Shown here one piece after another: positions 63,810 through 64,000 of a DNA stretch of 64,000 nt. The stretch lies in the NCBI GenBank assembly GCA_963814585.1, contig CAWFDF010000012.1, positions 128,001 through 192,000 on the forward strand, read 5' to 3'. Each line of letters begins with the position of its first letter. Within the stretch, counting starts at the first letter, position 1. The notes below the pieces were generated by a model. The model worked only from the letters and a program-made list of their open reading frames with translations, made no database searches and was not told the DNA's origin. This DNA is from an uncultured delta proteobacterium. Its GTDB lineage: Bacteria > Myxococcota > Myxococcia > Myxococcales > Anaeromyxobacteraceae. The position numbers and the translations under genes were made by a program.

Positions 63810-64000
63810 CGGGTGCTCCTTGGGGTTGGAGGGGCCCCGGGAATGTAGGGCCGGGCGGCCGGTGGCGCGACCAGCACTTCTGGTCCCTTCCGGGAGGGGC
63901 GAGGCGGCCGGGTGTGACAGCGGCTGCGTGCTACCTTCCTCGGTCCATGGCCGTGGCACCACCCCCCAGCGGACCGCCCGTGCCGCCGCCCCGCCGGCCC

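Overview
Very GC-rich chromosomal segment whose gene content points to a myxobacterium of the Anaeromyxobacter type (MXAN_5187-like protein, Cys-rich Pal, several sigma-54 elements); the taxon is inferred. The housekeeping backbone is pal/cpoB, PBP1A, nadA, tig-clpP-clpX-lon, five tRNAs, rdgB-rph, selD, bamD, recX, a pilT paralog, rplM-rpsI and uvrD/rep. A ~17.7 kb accessory block lies between tRNA-Leu and tRNA-Lys. It carries a malic enzyme, a putative sigma-54 operon of small metal-binding proteins (one exported protein with a NiSOD-hook-like HCD N-terminus), and a six-gene hydrogenase-4-like (Ehr) complex whose large subunit lacks the Ni-binding CxxC motifs, transcribed divergently from a SulP-STAS-CBS transporter. 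selD has an in-frame TGA at the catalytic position followed by a SECIS-like hairpin (selenocysteine). lon, tig and PBP1A are broken by single-base insertions that sit mostly at wobble positions, which looks like a mixed-read consensus artefact rather than true decay. No CRISPR array, integrase or transposase was seen. All calls are by eye from motifs; no database search was run.
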